Source of the DNA: an uncultured Prevotellaceae bacterium | Lineage (GTDB): Bacteria > Bacteroidota > Bacteroidia > Bacteroidales > Muribaculaceae | NCBI GenBank assembly: GCA_947306175.1 | Contig: CAMZFV010000003.1 | Coordinates: forward strand, 51,869-115,868 | Direction: 5' to 3' | DNA length: 64,000 nt | In this document: positions 1 to 8,683 of the stretch, one piece after another | Position numbering within the stretch: the first letter of the stretch is position 1 | How the letters are laid out: each line of letters starts with the position of its first letter | Translations under genes and position numbers: made by a program | The notes under the pieces: generated by a model | The model's input: only the letters and a program-made list of their open reading frames with translations | Database searches by the model: none | Told to the model about the DNA's origin: nothing

Positions 1-942
1 GCGGAGCAACTGTTGGTAAACCACATTCTCAAGCACCTTTTCGATATCACCCACGCGCGTTCCACCTGCAATGGCATTGCGGATGCCGTGATCCTCAAAA
101 TAGAACTTGTCATTGTTCTCAAATAGCCGTTTGCCGTGAATGTCATATCGCGGCACCCTGTTCACCATGTAGGACTCGCACAGGAACGACAGGTAGTCGA
201 GCACAACACCCGCAGTAACGGGTGACCCTTGAGATTTCATGAATTTGGCGATGTTGTTGGCCGAAATCAGCTTCCCGGTGTTGTCGGCTATGTATTCAAC
301 CAGATTTTCCAGAAAGGGCACGTTACGAATCCTGTTGCGCATCACCACATCCTTTAGCAACACGGTGTGGTAAATGTCCATTTGATAGTTGCGGACAACT
401 TCATCGTCAAGGCCCATTACGACTAGTCCTGGCAAGCCACCACAGGATATGAACTTGCCCAGCGACTCATCGTTATCGTCCAGTTGATGAAATGTCAAGA
501 ATTCCTGATAGCTTAAGGGTTGAATGTGGATTTCCTTATATCTGCCGCCAATCAACGTTGCCAAGTCTCCGCTCAGCATTTTGGCATTAGAACCCGTGAT
601 GATGACATCGACATCGGGTTCGTTGATGAAACTGCGAACGCTGCGTTCAAACTCCTGTATGTCCTGTACTTCATCTATGAGAATGAAATTGTGCTTGCCG
701 ACTACCATGTGCTCGTCGATATAGGCATTCAGATCCTGATAAGTCTTGATAAAGTCAAACTGGCGTTTTTCCTTATCAATGAGTATCACATGGTTTGCGG
801 CATCGTCGGACTTGAGGTCATGGATTTGCCTCAACATGTAACTCTTTCCCACGCGGCGCTGTCCGACAAGAACTATGATTAAGTCCTTGCCTAAGTATTT
901 CTCAATCTCTTGGATGTATTCCTGACGAATGATTGGTTCCAT
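1..942 (-). CDS. AAA+ ATPase (AAA_14/DUF4143 family), runs off the window start
   Basis: Not in ORF track; manual translation from ATG at 942: MEPIIRQEYI...GQRRVGKS (Walker A)...ILIDEVQ (Walker B)...ITGSNAKMLS...GGLP; open to position 1. Confidence 0.88.
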   Translation of the reverse strand, partial: MEPIIRQEYIQEIEKYLGKDLIIVLVGQRRVGKSYMLRQIHDLKSDDAANHVILIDKEKRQFDFIKTYQDLNAYIDEHMVVGKHNFILIDEVQDIQEFERSVRSFINEPDVDVIITGSNAKMLSGDLATLIGGRYKEIHIQPLSYQEFLTFHQLDDNDESLGKFISCGGLPGLVVMGLDDEVVRNYQMDIYHTVLLKDVVMRNRIRNVPFLENLVEYIADNTGKLISANNIAKFMKSQGSPVTAGVVLDYLSFLCESYMVNRVPRYDIHGKRLFENNDKFYFEDHGIRNAIAGGTRVGDIEKVLENVVYQQLLR

Positions 943-1085
943 AATTTTTCTTTTATAACGAAAATTTTTGGCAAATATAATACTTTTTTCGTTTATAAAA
1001 GATAAATCGTGAGAAAAATATGATTTTGTGGTTTATAAACTATAAAATTGGAGAATTTGGTACTTTTGTTTCCTGTAGGTTACAG

Positions 1086-1124
1086 AAAAATGCCGCAAGA
1101 GACGTTGTGACCTCTTGCGGCATT
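1086..1124 (-). terminator. Intrinsic terminator of pepD
   Basis: 13-bp stem aatgccgcaagag/ctcttgcggcatt with an A-run at 1086-1090 (U-tract on minus strand), just past the pepD stop. Confidence 0.8.
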
Positions 1125-1157
1125 ATAGCTAACGGCTGATTGCTAAGAGCTAACAGC

Positions 1158-2618
1158 TTATTTCTTGACGGGTGCCTCCTCGAGGGCCTTGACGAGCAGT
1201 TTCCAGAAGGGCTCTGCTGCGGGGATGTAGGCTCGCTCGATGGTGGTGTGCGGGCTGCGCAGGGTGGGGCCGAAGCTCACCACGTCCATGTGCGGGTACT
1301 TGCCCAGGATGATGGAGCACTCCAGACCGGCGTGATCCACCTGGATGATGCCGTCCTCCTTGAAGAGCTTCTTGTACAGGTCGAGCAGCATGTGCAGGGC
1401 CTCGCTGTCGGGGTTGGGATCCCAGCCGATGTAGTCACCGCCGGTCTCTACCTTGAAGTCGGCGAGGTGGAAGCAGGTCTTGAGCATCTTCACGATGTAG
1501 TCCTTCATGTCCTCACGGGCCGAGCGGGCGAGGATCTGTACGGCAGCCTTGCCGTCCTCGATGTCGATGATGGCGAGGTTAGAGGAGGTCTCTACCACGT
1601 TGGGGTAGGCGGGGATGAAGCGCACCACGCCGTCATGGCAGGCGTACAGGGCACGCAGGATGGTCGTCTGGTCTTCGAGCGCCATCTTCATCTTGGGACG
1701 GTCGATGGCCTTGAGGGTTAGGTCAACATTGTCCTCGATGAGTTTGAACTGGCTTTCGAACTCGGCCTTCATCGTCTTGACGAGTTTCTTCAAGCCCTTC
1801 AGGTTATCCTCGGGAACGACCATGACGGTCTCGGCCTTGAACGGGATGGCGTTGCGCATGTTGCCACCATGCCAGCTCACCAGGCGGGCCTTGTGGTCCA
1901 CGATGGCTAGTTGCACGAGACGGGCCATCAGCTTGTTGGCGTTGGCACGGCCCTCATGGATCTCGAGGCCGCTGTGGCCGCCCTTCAGGCCCTTGAGGGT
2001 GATGCGCACTGCGGTGTCGCCGGCAGCGGTCTTCACCTCGTTATACTTGCGCGTGCAGGTAACGTCGATACCACCGGCGCTACCGATGACGAACTTGCCC
2101 CACGTCTCGCTGTCGAGGTTGAACAGGATGTCGCCCTTCATCTGACCCTTGGGCAGGTCGTTGGCGCCATACATGCCCGTCTCCTCGTCCTTGGTGATGA
2201 GGCCCTCGATGGGACCGTGCTTGAGGGTGTTGTCCTCCATGACTGCCATGATGGCTGCCACGCCCAGACCGTCGTCAGCACCCAGCGTGGTGCCGCGGGC
2301 CTTGATCCACTCGCCGTCGATATAGGGCTCGATGGGATCCGTCTCGAAGTTGTGCTTCGACTCGGGCGTCTTCTGGGGCACCATGTCCATGTGGGCCTGC
2401 ATGGTGATGCACTTGCGGTTCTCCATACCGGGAGTGGCGGGTTTGCGCATCACGATGTTGCCGGCGGGGTCCTGGAAGGCCTCCACGCCCACCTTCTTGG
2501 CGAAGTCGAGCAGGAATTGCTGGATTTTCTCAACATGTCCCGAGGGACGGGGAATCTGCGTCAGCGCATAGAAGTTGCGCCAGATGCACGTCGGTTTCAG
2601 TTTTTCAATTTCGTTCAT
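1158..2618 (-). CDS. pepD: Aminoacyl-histidine dipeptidase (M20C peptidase D)
   Basis: QAHMDMV, TTLGADDG, DEETGM, NLDSE, GGHSG, HAGLEC motifs; 486 aa. Confidence 0.93.
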   Translation of the reverse strand: MNEIEKLKPTCIWRNFYALTQIPRPSGHVEKIQQFLLDFAKKVGVEAFQDPAGNIVMRKPATPGMENRKCITMQAHMDMVPQKTPESKHNFETDPIEPYIDGEWIKARGTTLGADDGLGVAAIMAVMEDNTLKHGPIEGLITKDEETGMYGANDLPKGQMKGDILFNLDSETWGKFVIGSAGGIDVTCTRKYNEVKTAAGDTAVRITLKGLKGGHSGLEIHEGRANANKLMARLVQLAIVDHKARLVSWHGGNMRNAIPFKAETVMVVPEDNLKGLKKLVKTMKAEFESQFKLIEDNVDLTLKAIDRPKMKMALEDQTTILRALYACHDGVVRFIPAYPNVVETSSNLAIIDIEDGKAAVQILARSAREDMKDYIVKMLKTCFHLADFKVETGGDYIGWDPNPDSEALHMLLDLYKKLFKEDGIIQVDHAGLECSIILGKYPHMDVVSFGPTLRSPHTTIERAYIPAAEPFWKLLVKALEEAPVKK

Positions 2619-2911
2619 TTTCTTTCTGTTAATGTCTTACAGGTTATAAAAATAAAATTGCTTTTCGGCTGCAAATTTAATGAAAAAGTTTCTAGTTTGT
2701 AGTCCCTAGTCCTTAGTTTTTGTTCTTTTTCAGACAACTTTCACAACAAAATAACAACCTTGACAACTTTTATTGTGGCATCCGCCAGCGGTTTTTTTAA
2801 AACAACTGACTAATCTGAATGTTTCTGAGGTCTAGTGTCAGCCATCAGATCTTTCAGACTGATCAGTTGTTTTCTTGCTGGAGCGCGGAAGGACCCTTAA
2901 AGGTACTCTTC

Positions 2912-4219
2912 TCAGTCAAATATGGCGCCATCGCCGCAGAATTGCCCCATCAGCAGGATGGCGTTTGTTGCCTCATCATAGACGAAGTACAAGAACGGAT
3001 GATTGGCATCAAATATCGGTTCTTGTATAGGTTCATCATCTAGTACCACATCAATCAATTGTTCTGATACCGTTATACTTACTGCTTTTGTTTTTAACTC
3101 AGTCACTTGAATATTAGTCATTTGACGGATATCGTGAATCATCGTCGGTATTTTGCTGATGGCACTAAAATCTGCCTTTTGGAAATCAAAGGCTCTGGGC
3201 ATCATCTCCTTAACGAAATCCGTCAAATCCAATTTGCTGTCACACTCAAAACGAGGCAGATACAAATAAAAACCAAACTCTCTGTCTTTTTGAAAAGTAT
3301 TGAGAATGCGGGTGTATTTTTCACGATCCATCGATGCTATGAATTCCCTCAATTTTGCAGATTTAGGCAAAACCACCAGCATCCTGTAGCAACTGCCCCC
3401 ATATGGCAGAGAAACCGCTTGATAATCCTCGCCTTCGCAATAAAAAGTTCGGGTAGAAATATCATGAACAGAAGTATAAATATAGTTATGCATCATGGGC
3501 AACAGCAACGTATCACCGTAGTCAGTTATGAAATCTCCATTTTCAGTATTTTCCTTATCGAAAGATTGAGCCCAAAAAGCGTTATAGAGCAGGGCATCAA
3601 TCACATTAAGCGCCGATAACGGAGCTAATTCATCAATGGCTGTAGTCAATTTATCCTTCGATTGCTGTCTGAACCATTCATTGACCTGCTTGACGCTCTT
3701 AGAATCAGCAAAATCAAGGCTTTCGGCACAGGCGTTATAGTTTGATGAAACACTTTTCAAGAACCCGTCCTTAATGGGAACAGCAGAGTTAATCGCCAGA
3801 TAATTCAATAGCTGGCAATCTGTATAGTCATTGTGGGGAAGGGCATCGCTGTATTTCTTGAAAAAGGCATTTGCTTTGGCGATGGGGCCGACCACCAGCT
3901 CTATCTCATCACGGGTGCCATCTTGAGCGCCGTTACCTGATATAGCAATGACACTTGCAAGACCCAACGGAGACACGATGAAACTGCTGTCCAGCAGGTT
4001 TTCCCCTATCTGATGAAGCATGGAAAATGCCAGGTCGTTGATTTTGGCAACGCATTGACTGTCGGCATCGTTCATGCGGAGTGCATCCATGTGCTTTTGC
4101 CACAACTCTTGAGCCGGTTCAGGGCCATTAACGACACTTTCTTTATGATGATTGCACCCAACCAAGAGTACGGTTAACATCACAAACAATAATGTGATGG
4201 TTGTCTTCATTCTTTTCAT
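2912..4219 (-). CDS. Serpin family protein, probable lipoprotein
   Basis: Lipobox LLVGC; serpin motifs SFIVSPLGL, VNEW, W..F...T, LPMM, LPY, LPRF, FDANHPFLYFV...ILLMG. Confidence 0.88.
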   Translation of the reverse strand: MKRMKTTITLLFVMLTVLLVGCNHHKESVVNGPEPAQELWQKHMDALRMNDADSQCVAKINDLAFSMLHQIGENLLDSSFIVSPLGLASVIAISGNGAQDGTRDEIELVVGPIAKANAFFKKYSDALPHNDYTDCQLLNYLAINSAVPIKDGFLKSVSSNYNACAESLDFADSKSVKQVNEWFRQQSKDKLTTAIDELAPLSALNVIDALLYNAFWAQSFDKENTENGDFITDYGDTLLLPMMHNYIYTSVHDISTRTFYCEGEDYQAVSLPYGGSCYRMLVVLPKSAKLREFIASMDREKYTRILNTFQKDREFGFYLYLPRFECDSKLDLTDFVKEMMPRAFDFQKADFSAISKIPTMIHDIRQMTNIQVTELKTKAVSITVSEQLIDVVLDDEPIQEPIFDANHPFLYFVYDEATNAILLMGQFCGDGAIFD

Positions 4220-4331
4220 TGCTCAGAGGTGATTAATGGTTTTGTTGCAAAGTTACTAATTATTGTGTTTGTTGTATTGGTTGTTTTCATTTTTGTGAGA
4301 GTGATCAGTTTTTTTTCTGTGTCTTTGCCTG

Positions 4332-4548
4332 AAAAAGTAAACTTATATGGCATTCGGCTCGCAAAAATTTTGTTCTCCTCTCGGTTTGCACTACCGTTGA
4401 CCTATGGTCGAAGATAGGCGGCACCTCGGGATAAAAAAATAATGAATTCTTTTAGATAAATTTGGCTTCGCCTTAGCCATAAAAAGTAAACTTATATGGC
4501 ATTCGGCTCGCAAAAATTTTGTTCTCCTCTTGGTTTGCACTATCTTTG
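4332..4548 (+). repeat. Promoter-bearing hairpin element with 62-bp direct repeat (4332-4393 / 4481-4542)
   Basis: Two copies of aaaaagtaaacttatatggcattcggctcgcaaaaattttgttctcctctYggtttgcacta 149 bp apart; second ends in TATCTTTG -7 box upstream of the amylase. Confidence 0.85.
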
Positions 4549-4609
4549 CGCAATCGCAGGTGTGAGTGTGCCTGCGTTGTATTGAGTTTAATCAAAAGAG
4601 TTAGTATAT

Positions 4610-6016
4610 ATGAAAAAGTTTATTGTTACCGCTTTTATAGTCGTCATGGGTTTAGTGTCTGGCGTAGCTTCGGCTGCTGAGACAGACAAGGGTAATGACG
4701 AGATCATCCTCCATGCCTGGTCGTGGTCGTTCAACACCATCAAGGAGCACCTGCCCGAGATCAAGACTGCGGGTTACACCATCGTGCAGACATCGCCCAT
4801 CAATGAGTGCGTCGTGGGCGAGGGCGGTGGCCGCCAGCTCTTTGGGCACGGCAAGTGGTACTACCATTACCAGCCGACAGACTGGACCATCGGCAACTAC
4901 CAGCTGGGTACCCGCGACGAGTTCAAGTCGATGTGTGACGAGGCGACCCGCCTGGGGCTGCGCATTATCGTTGACGTGCTGCCCAACCACACGGTTATCG
5001 ACCGCACGCAGATCAACGCCCGCCTGGACAGCGCCGTGAATGGCCGCGAGAACCTGTTCCATGCCAACGGCCTGTGGCCCATCAAGGACTACAGCGACCG
5101 CTACCAGTGCACGACGGGTGAGATGGGCACCCTGCCCGACGTGAATACCGAGAACCCCGACTTCCAGTATTACTACATGCAATTTGTCAACGACGTGCTG
5201 GCATGTGGCGCGAGGGGATTCCGCTATGACACCGCCAAGCACATCGGCCTGCCGAACGAGATGCGTGACCCCAAGTCGCCCGAGAACGACTTCTGGGAGG
5301 TTGCCATGGGCCGCAAACCCGTCAAGGGCCTTAGGTTAGCTGTTCCCCGCGAGGAGCTCTTCATCTATGGCGAGGTATTGCAGGACAAGAATGTGCCCGA
5401 ACAGGGCTATGCCGAATATATGGACCTCACCGCCAGCAACTATGGCTGGGTGCTGCGCAACGTCCTCAACAAGCATAACGCCCGCGCCGACAACCTGCTC
5501 ACCTGGCATCACTCGGTGGATCCCGCCCACCTCGTTACCTGGGTCGAGTCGCACGACACCTATTGCAACGACCACGCCTCGGCAGGCATGAGCGACGAGC
5601 TTATCCGCCTGGGTTGGGTCTTCCTGACCGCCCGCAAGTATGGCACGCCGCTGTTCTACTCCCGCCCTCACGGCAGCACCCGCGAGAACTACTGGGGCGA
5701 CAACGAGATTGGCAAGGTGGGTAATGACGAGTTCAAGCATCCCGTGGTGAAGGCCGTGAACGAGTTCCGCCACCGCAACATCAACCAGCCCGAGAACATC
5801 ATCTATAGCGACAACGGCAAGCAGATCATCATCGAGCGTGGTGCCCGGGCAGCAGTGGTCATCAACCTCGACGAGCAGGCCGCCCAGGTAGCCATCCCCG
5901 TTACCTTGAGCAACGGCAAATACCGCGACGCCGTAACCAAACAGCGCCTTCAGGTGAAGAAAGGCGTCCTCAAGGCCACCCTCGCTCCGATGACCGCCTA
6001 TATTCTTTACAAGTAG
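4610..6016 (+). CDS. Secreted alpha-amylase (GH13)
   Basis: Signal peptide; ILHAWSW, WYYHYQP, VDVLPNH, GFRYDTAKH, YGEVLQ, WVESHD conserved regions. Confidence 0.92.
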   Translation: MKKFIVTAFIVVMGLVSGVASAAETDKGNDEIILHAWSWSFNTIKEHLPEIKTAGYTIVQTSPINECVVGEGGGRQLFGHGKWYYHYQPTDWTIGNYQLGTRDEFKSMCDEATRLGLRIIVDVLPNHTVIDRTQINARLDSAVNGRENLFHANGLWPIKDYSDRYQCTTGEMGTLPDVNTENPDFQYYYMQFVNDVLACGARGFRYDTAKHIGLPNEMRDPKSPENDFWEVAMGRKPVKGLRLAVPREELFIYGEVLQDKNVPEQGYAEYMDLTASNYGWVLRNVLNKHNARADNLLTWHHSVDPAHLVTWVESHDTYCNDHASAGMSDELIRLGWVFLTARKYGTPLFYSRPHGSTRENYWGDNEIGKVGNDEFKHPVVKAVNEFRHRNINQPENIIYSDNGKQIIIERGARAAVVINLDEQAAQVAIPVTLSNGKYRDAVTKQRLQVKKGVLKATLAPMTAYILYK

Positions 6017-6084
6017 GCTTTAGGCATTAGGCTTTAGGGGGCTGACGCTCTCTTTCTCAAACAACAAAAACAACAGATTTTTTG

Positions 6085-6153
6085 ACTACGAATTACGCTA
6101 ATTAAAGCTAATTGGCATCCGATAAAGGTTTGTGAAATTAGTGTAATTCGTAG
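6085..6153. repeat. Intergenic long inverted repeat between convergent genes (possible bidirectional terminator)
   Basis: actacgaattacgctaatt ... aattagtgtaattcgtagt arms followed by a T-run. Confidence 0.6.
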
Positions 6154-6167
6154 TTTTTTATTTGCAC

Positions 6168-6902
6168 CTATTCCTCGGGAGGGGGCATGGGGGTGGTATC
6201 CTGTTGCTGGAAGTAATCCTTGAGTATGCCCTCGGCCATGCCCTCGCGGTTGTCCAGGTCCTTCACGATGACACCTTTCTCCAAGAGCAGGATGCGGGAG
6301 GAGATGTCGGTGACGAAACTGAGGTTGTGGCTGGAGATGAGCACGGTGGTGCCCAGCTCGCGGTTCATCTGTTCGATGAGGCGGGCCACAATAATCTGCG
6401 ACGACGGATCCAGGTAGTTGAAGGGCTCGTCGAGGATAAGCACCTTGGGCTGAATCATCATTGCCCCGATGATGCCGACTTTCTGACGGTTGCCTTGTGA
6501 GAAGTCCTTCAGGAATTTACTTGTGCCCATGATTTCGCCGTGCATCAGCGGTTCGAAGGGTTTCAGACGCTGCTCCAGCGTGTCCTTGTCAATGCCGTAG
6601 ATGCGCCCGATGAAGGAGAAATATTCCTCGGGCGTGAAGAAGTCGATAAGGAAACGGCCGTCAATGAACGACCCTGTATAGGTCTTCCACAGTTCGTCCT
6701 CATCCACCCGCCGGCCGTCGCTCTCCACATAGCCTGAGCTGGCACCAATCACATCGAGGATAAGACGCATCAGTGTGGTCTTGCCTGCACCGTTATTTCC
6801 TACCAGGCCAATCAGTTCGCCTGAGGCAAGCGTTAGTTCGGGGATGTCGAGTACCGTGACCCAATCATACACTTTCTTGAGGTTTGTTATCTTGATTTCC
6901 AT
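6168..6902 (-). CDS. ABC transporter ATP-binding protein
   Basis: GNNGAGKTT Walker A, FSQGNRQK signature-like, LILDEP Walker B, SSH switch. Confidence 0.93.
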   Translation of the reverse strand: MEIKITNLKKVYDWVTVLDIPELTLASGELIGLVGNNGAGKTTLMRLILDVIGASSGYVESDGRRVDEDELWKTYTGSFIDGRFLIDFFTPEEYFSFIGRIYGIDKDTLEQRLKPFEPLMHGEIMGTSKFLKDFSQGNRQKVGIIGAMMIQPKVLILDEPFNYLDPSSQIIVARLIEQMNRELGTTVLISSHNLSFVTDISSRILLLEKGVIVKDLDNREGMAEGILKDYFQQQDTTPMPPPEE

Positions 6903-6927
6903 ACTGCTCTAAAACTAAAACTCTAAA

Positions 6928-8331
6928 TTATTTCATATATCTCTCCATATTTTCATACCGATTGTACGTCCACTTCCGCGCTAACGAGCGGATGCAGGGT
7001 CGGTGAACAGCCAGAGCGGCAAGGCCGATGGCAGCCATCACGGCGTCACCCCACAGCGGAGGCAACGCAAGGGAACAGAAAAAGTAAATAGCCAACGGGA
7101 TAAAAATAATGAGCGAATATATGGTGATGCGCATACTTGCACCCTGATAGTTGAAGAAGGCCGACGAGAACAGGTCCACGCGCGTGGAGAACAGGCACGT
7201 AGGCATCATCAACAGACTCTGGCCGCACCCCAAGAACAGGATCATGGCCAAGAGTGTGGTGGGTCGCAGCCCCTTCAGGAAAATGGCCGGGATAAGCAAC
7301 ACCGCCGTGCCCAACGTCAGCAGAATGAAGAACTTGTACTTGTTCAGTAACATGTGCTCGATGGAATAAGGCTTGGTCCACAGGCCGTGGAAGTAGTTGG
7401 CCTCGATGCCGAACACCCACTGACCCAGGAACATCGACGGCCAGGCTAACAGGAAATACAGATAGAAAAGCACATCAGTTGTATCATCGATCGGCATCAT
7501 ATAGGCCTCCAGAAGAAACAGGACAGTGATCATAATCATCGGGACGCGGAAGCGCTTGCTGCGCCACACGCTCAGGTATTCGGTAGAGAAGAGCGTCACA
7601 TCGCCCACCGAGCGAACGGTGTTGGCGTGCTGCTCATGCTCGTCGTAAGCGCGCATTCGACAGAAGTAGAGGTAGAGCACCCCCGTCAGCACAATGTCCA
7701 GCACAATAAACAGCACCAGCTCTGTCCACGGCGAACCAGGCAAAACCAGGTTCATTCCAGACACTATGGCCAACGTAACCAGAAGGATGCCCAAGCCCAT
7801 CGTTCCCAAGTAATAAACCACCGCTCCGGCCCACAACGGCAACGAGTGGTTGATGTCAGGAGCCTTGTGGATATCAGCCACCAACCACGACAGCATCAGC
7901 GTCTGCACCAATGCCGCCACAACGGCCAGGACCGTCATGCCGGCGGGCAACAGCCAAGCACCCACCAGGGCCATGAACGTCGGCATCACCAAGTTCCAAG
8001 GATCGGTCGCGAGCAGTACTGCAATGAATCGGTTCCACACTCGGGAGGGAATGGGTTTGGTGCGCAGGAAGTCGTCCATCACCACGGCATCCGAGCCCCA
8101 CATCAGTTTCATCATGAAGTCGGGCAGGGCCAGCGACGATACCAGCACAATCGCCATAGCTGCAAGTGGCAACTTGTCCAGCTGATCGGCCAACAAATCG
8201 CGATTTGCAAAGAGCAGGCCTACAATCATCATCAGCATAACACCAACGAGATAAAGCACCGCCAGGAATTTCCTCCAACTGAAGTTGCGGCGCCACTGGG
8301 TATACCTTAAGGATAATAATAGCTTCAACAT
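6928..8331 (-). CDS. Multi-pass membrane protein, probable ABC permease partner (DUF5687-like)
   Basis: Many hydrophobic helices, directly upstream of the ABC ATPase; start reassigned to ATG 8331 because the longer ORF start reads through a repeat element. Confidence 0.75.
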   Translation of the reverse strand: MLKLLLSLRYTQWRRNFSWRKFLAVLYLVGVMLMMIVGLLFANRDLLADQLDKLPLAAMAIVLVSSLALPDFMMKLMWGSDAVVMDDFLRTKPIPSRVWNRFIAVLLATDPWNLVMPTFMALVGAWLLPAGMTVLAVVAALVQTLMLSWLVADIHKAPDINHSLPLWAGAVVYYLGTMGLGILLVTLAIVSGMNLVLPGSPWTELVLFIVLDIVLTGVLYLYFCRMRAYDEHEQHANTVRSVGDVTLFSTEYLSVWRSKRFRVPMIMITVLFLLEAYMMPIDDTTDVLFYLYFLLAWPSMFLGQWVFGIEANYFHGLWTKPYSIEHMLLNKYKFFILLTLGTAVLLIPAIFLKGLRPTTLLAMILFLGCGQSLLMMPTCLFSTRVDLFSSAFFNYQGASMRITIYSLIIFIPLAIYFFCSLALPPLWGDAVMAAIGLAALAVHRPCIRSLARKWTYNRYENMERYMK

Positions 8332-8336
8332 GGCTA

Positions 8337-8426
8337 CAAAGTTACGAAAAGTCGAGAGAATAACCAAGAAAAACCCGTTTTTCTTGGTTATTCCGAGACG
8401 AAGTAACTTCGGCGAAGCCAACGTTA
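8337..8426 (-). repeat. Promoter-bearing hairpin element (same architecture as 4332-4548)
   Basis: Minus strand: TAACGTTG-gcttcgcc-gaagttac...ctcgga-ataaccaagaaaaac/gtttttcttggttat-tctctcgac...gTAACTTTG. Confidence 0.7.
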
Positions 8427-8487
8427 CATAAAAATCCAAAGATTGAAAAATGACCCTTTAATCCGTTGAGAAACCACACCATATTTT

Positions 8488-8606
8488 TATCGCCCTGCGG
8501 GCGAGAAATTAAACAAAATTATGTTTTAAAATTAAATGAAAATCAAAATGTTGTTTAATTTTATTATTAATTTTTGCTTAATTTCTCGGGCGCTAGCCCG
8601 ATTAAT
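8488..8606. repeat. Dispersed AT-rich palindromic element with terminal mini-hairpins (MITE/REP-like), copy 1
   Basis: atcgccc-tgc-gggcgagaaattaaacaaaa ... tttttgcttaatttctcgggc-gcta-gcccgattaat; homologous to 19202-19341 and 57578-57623. Confidence 0.75.
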
Positions 8607-8683
8607 ATAACCTAAGTCTGTCTTCTTGGGTCATATAGTTTTGGTGTGGTTGTCCTATTAAATCAGTGGGGAAATGGGCGGTG

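Noticed and set aside
951..1000. Invertible promoter (phase variation)
   Set aside because: Arms are imperfect and enclose only 21 bp, too short for a whole promoter; no recombinase nearby
1140..2702. Long antisense and alternate-frame ORFs over pepD (and likewise over the bat, GH13, trk and esterase genes)
   Set aside because: Shadow ORFs caused by high GC3 codon bias; no recognisable motifs
8332..8439. N-terminal extensions in the ORF track (also 16011-16109, 27348-27419, 43062-43118, 43948-44079)
   Set aside because: They read through promoter boxes or repeat elements; downstream ATGs fit signal peptides and family starts
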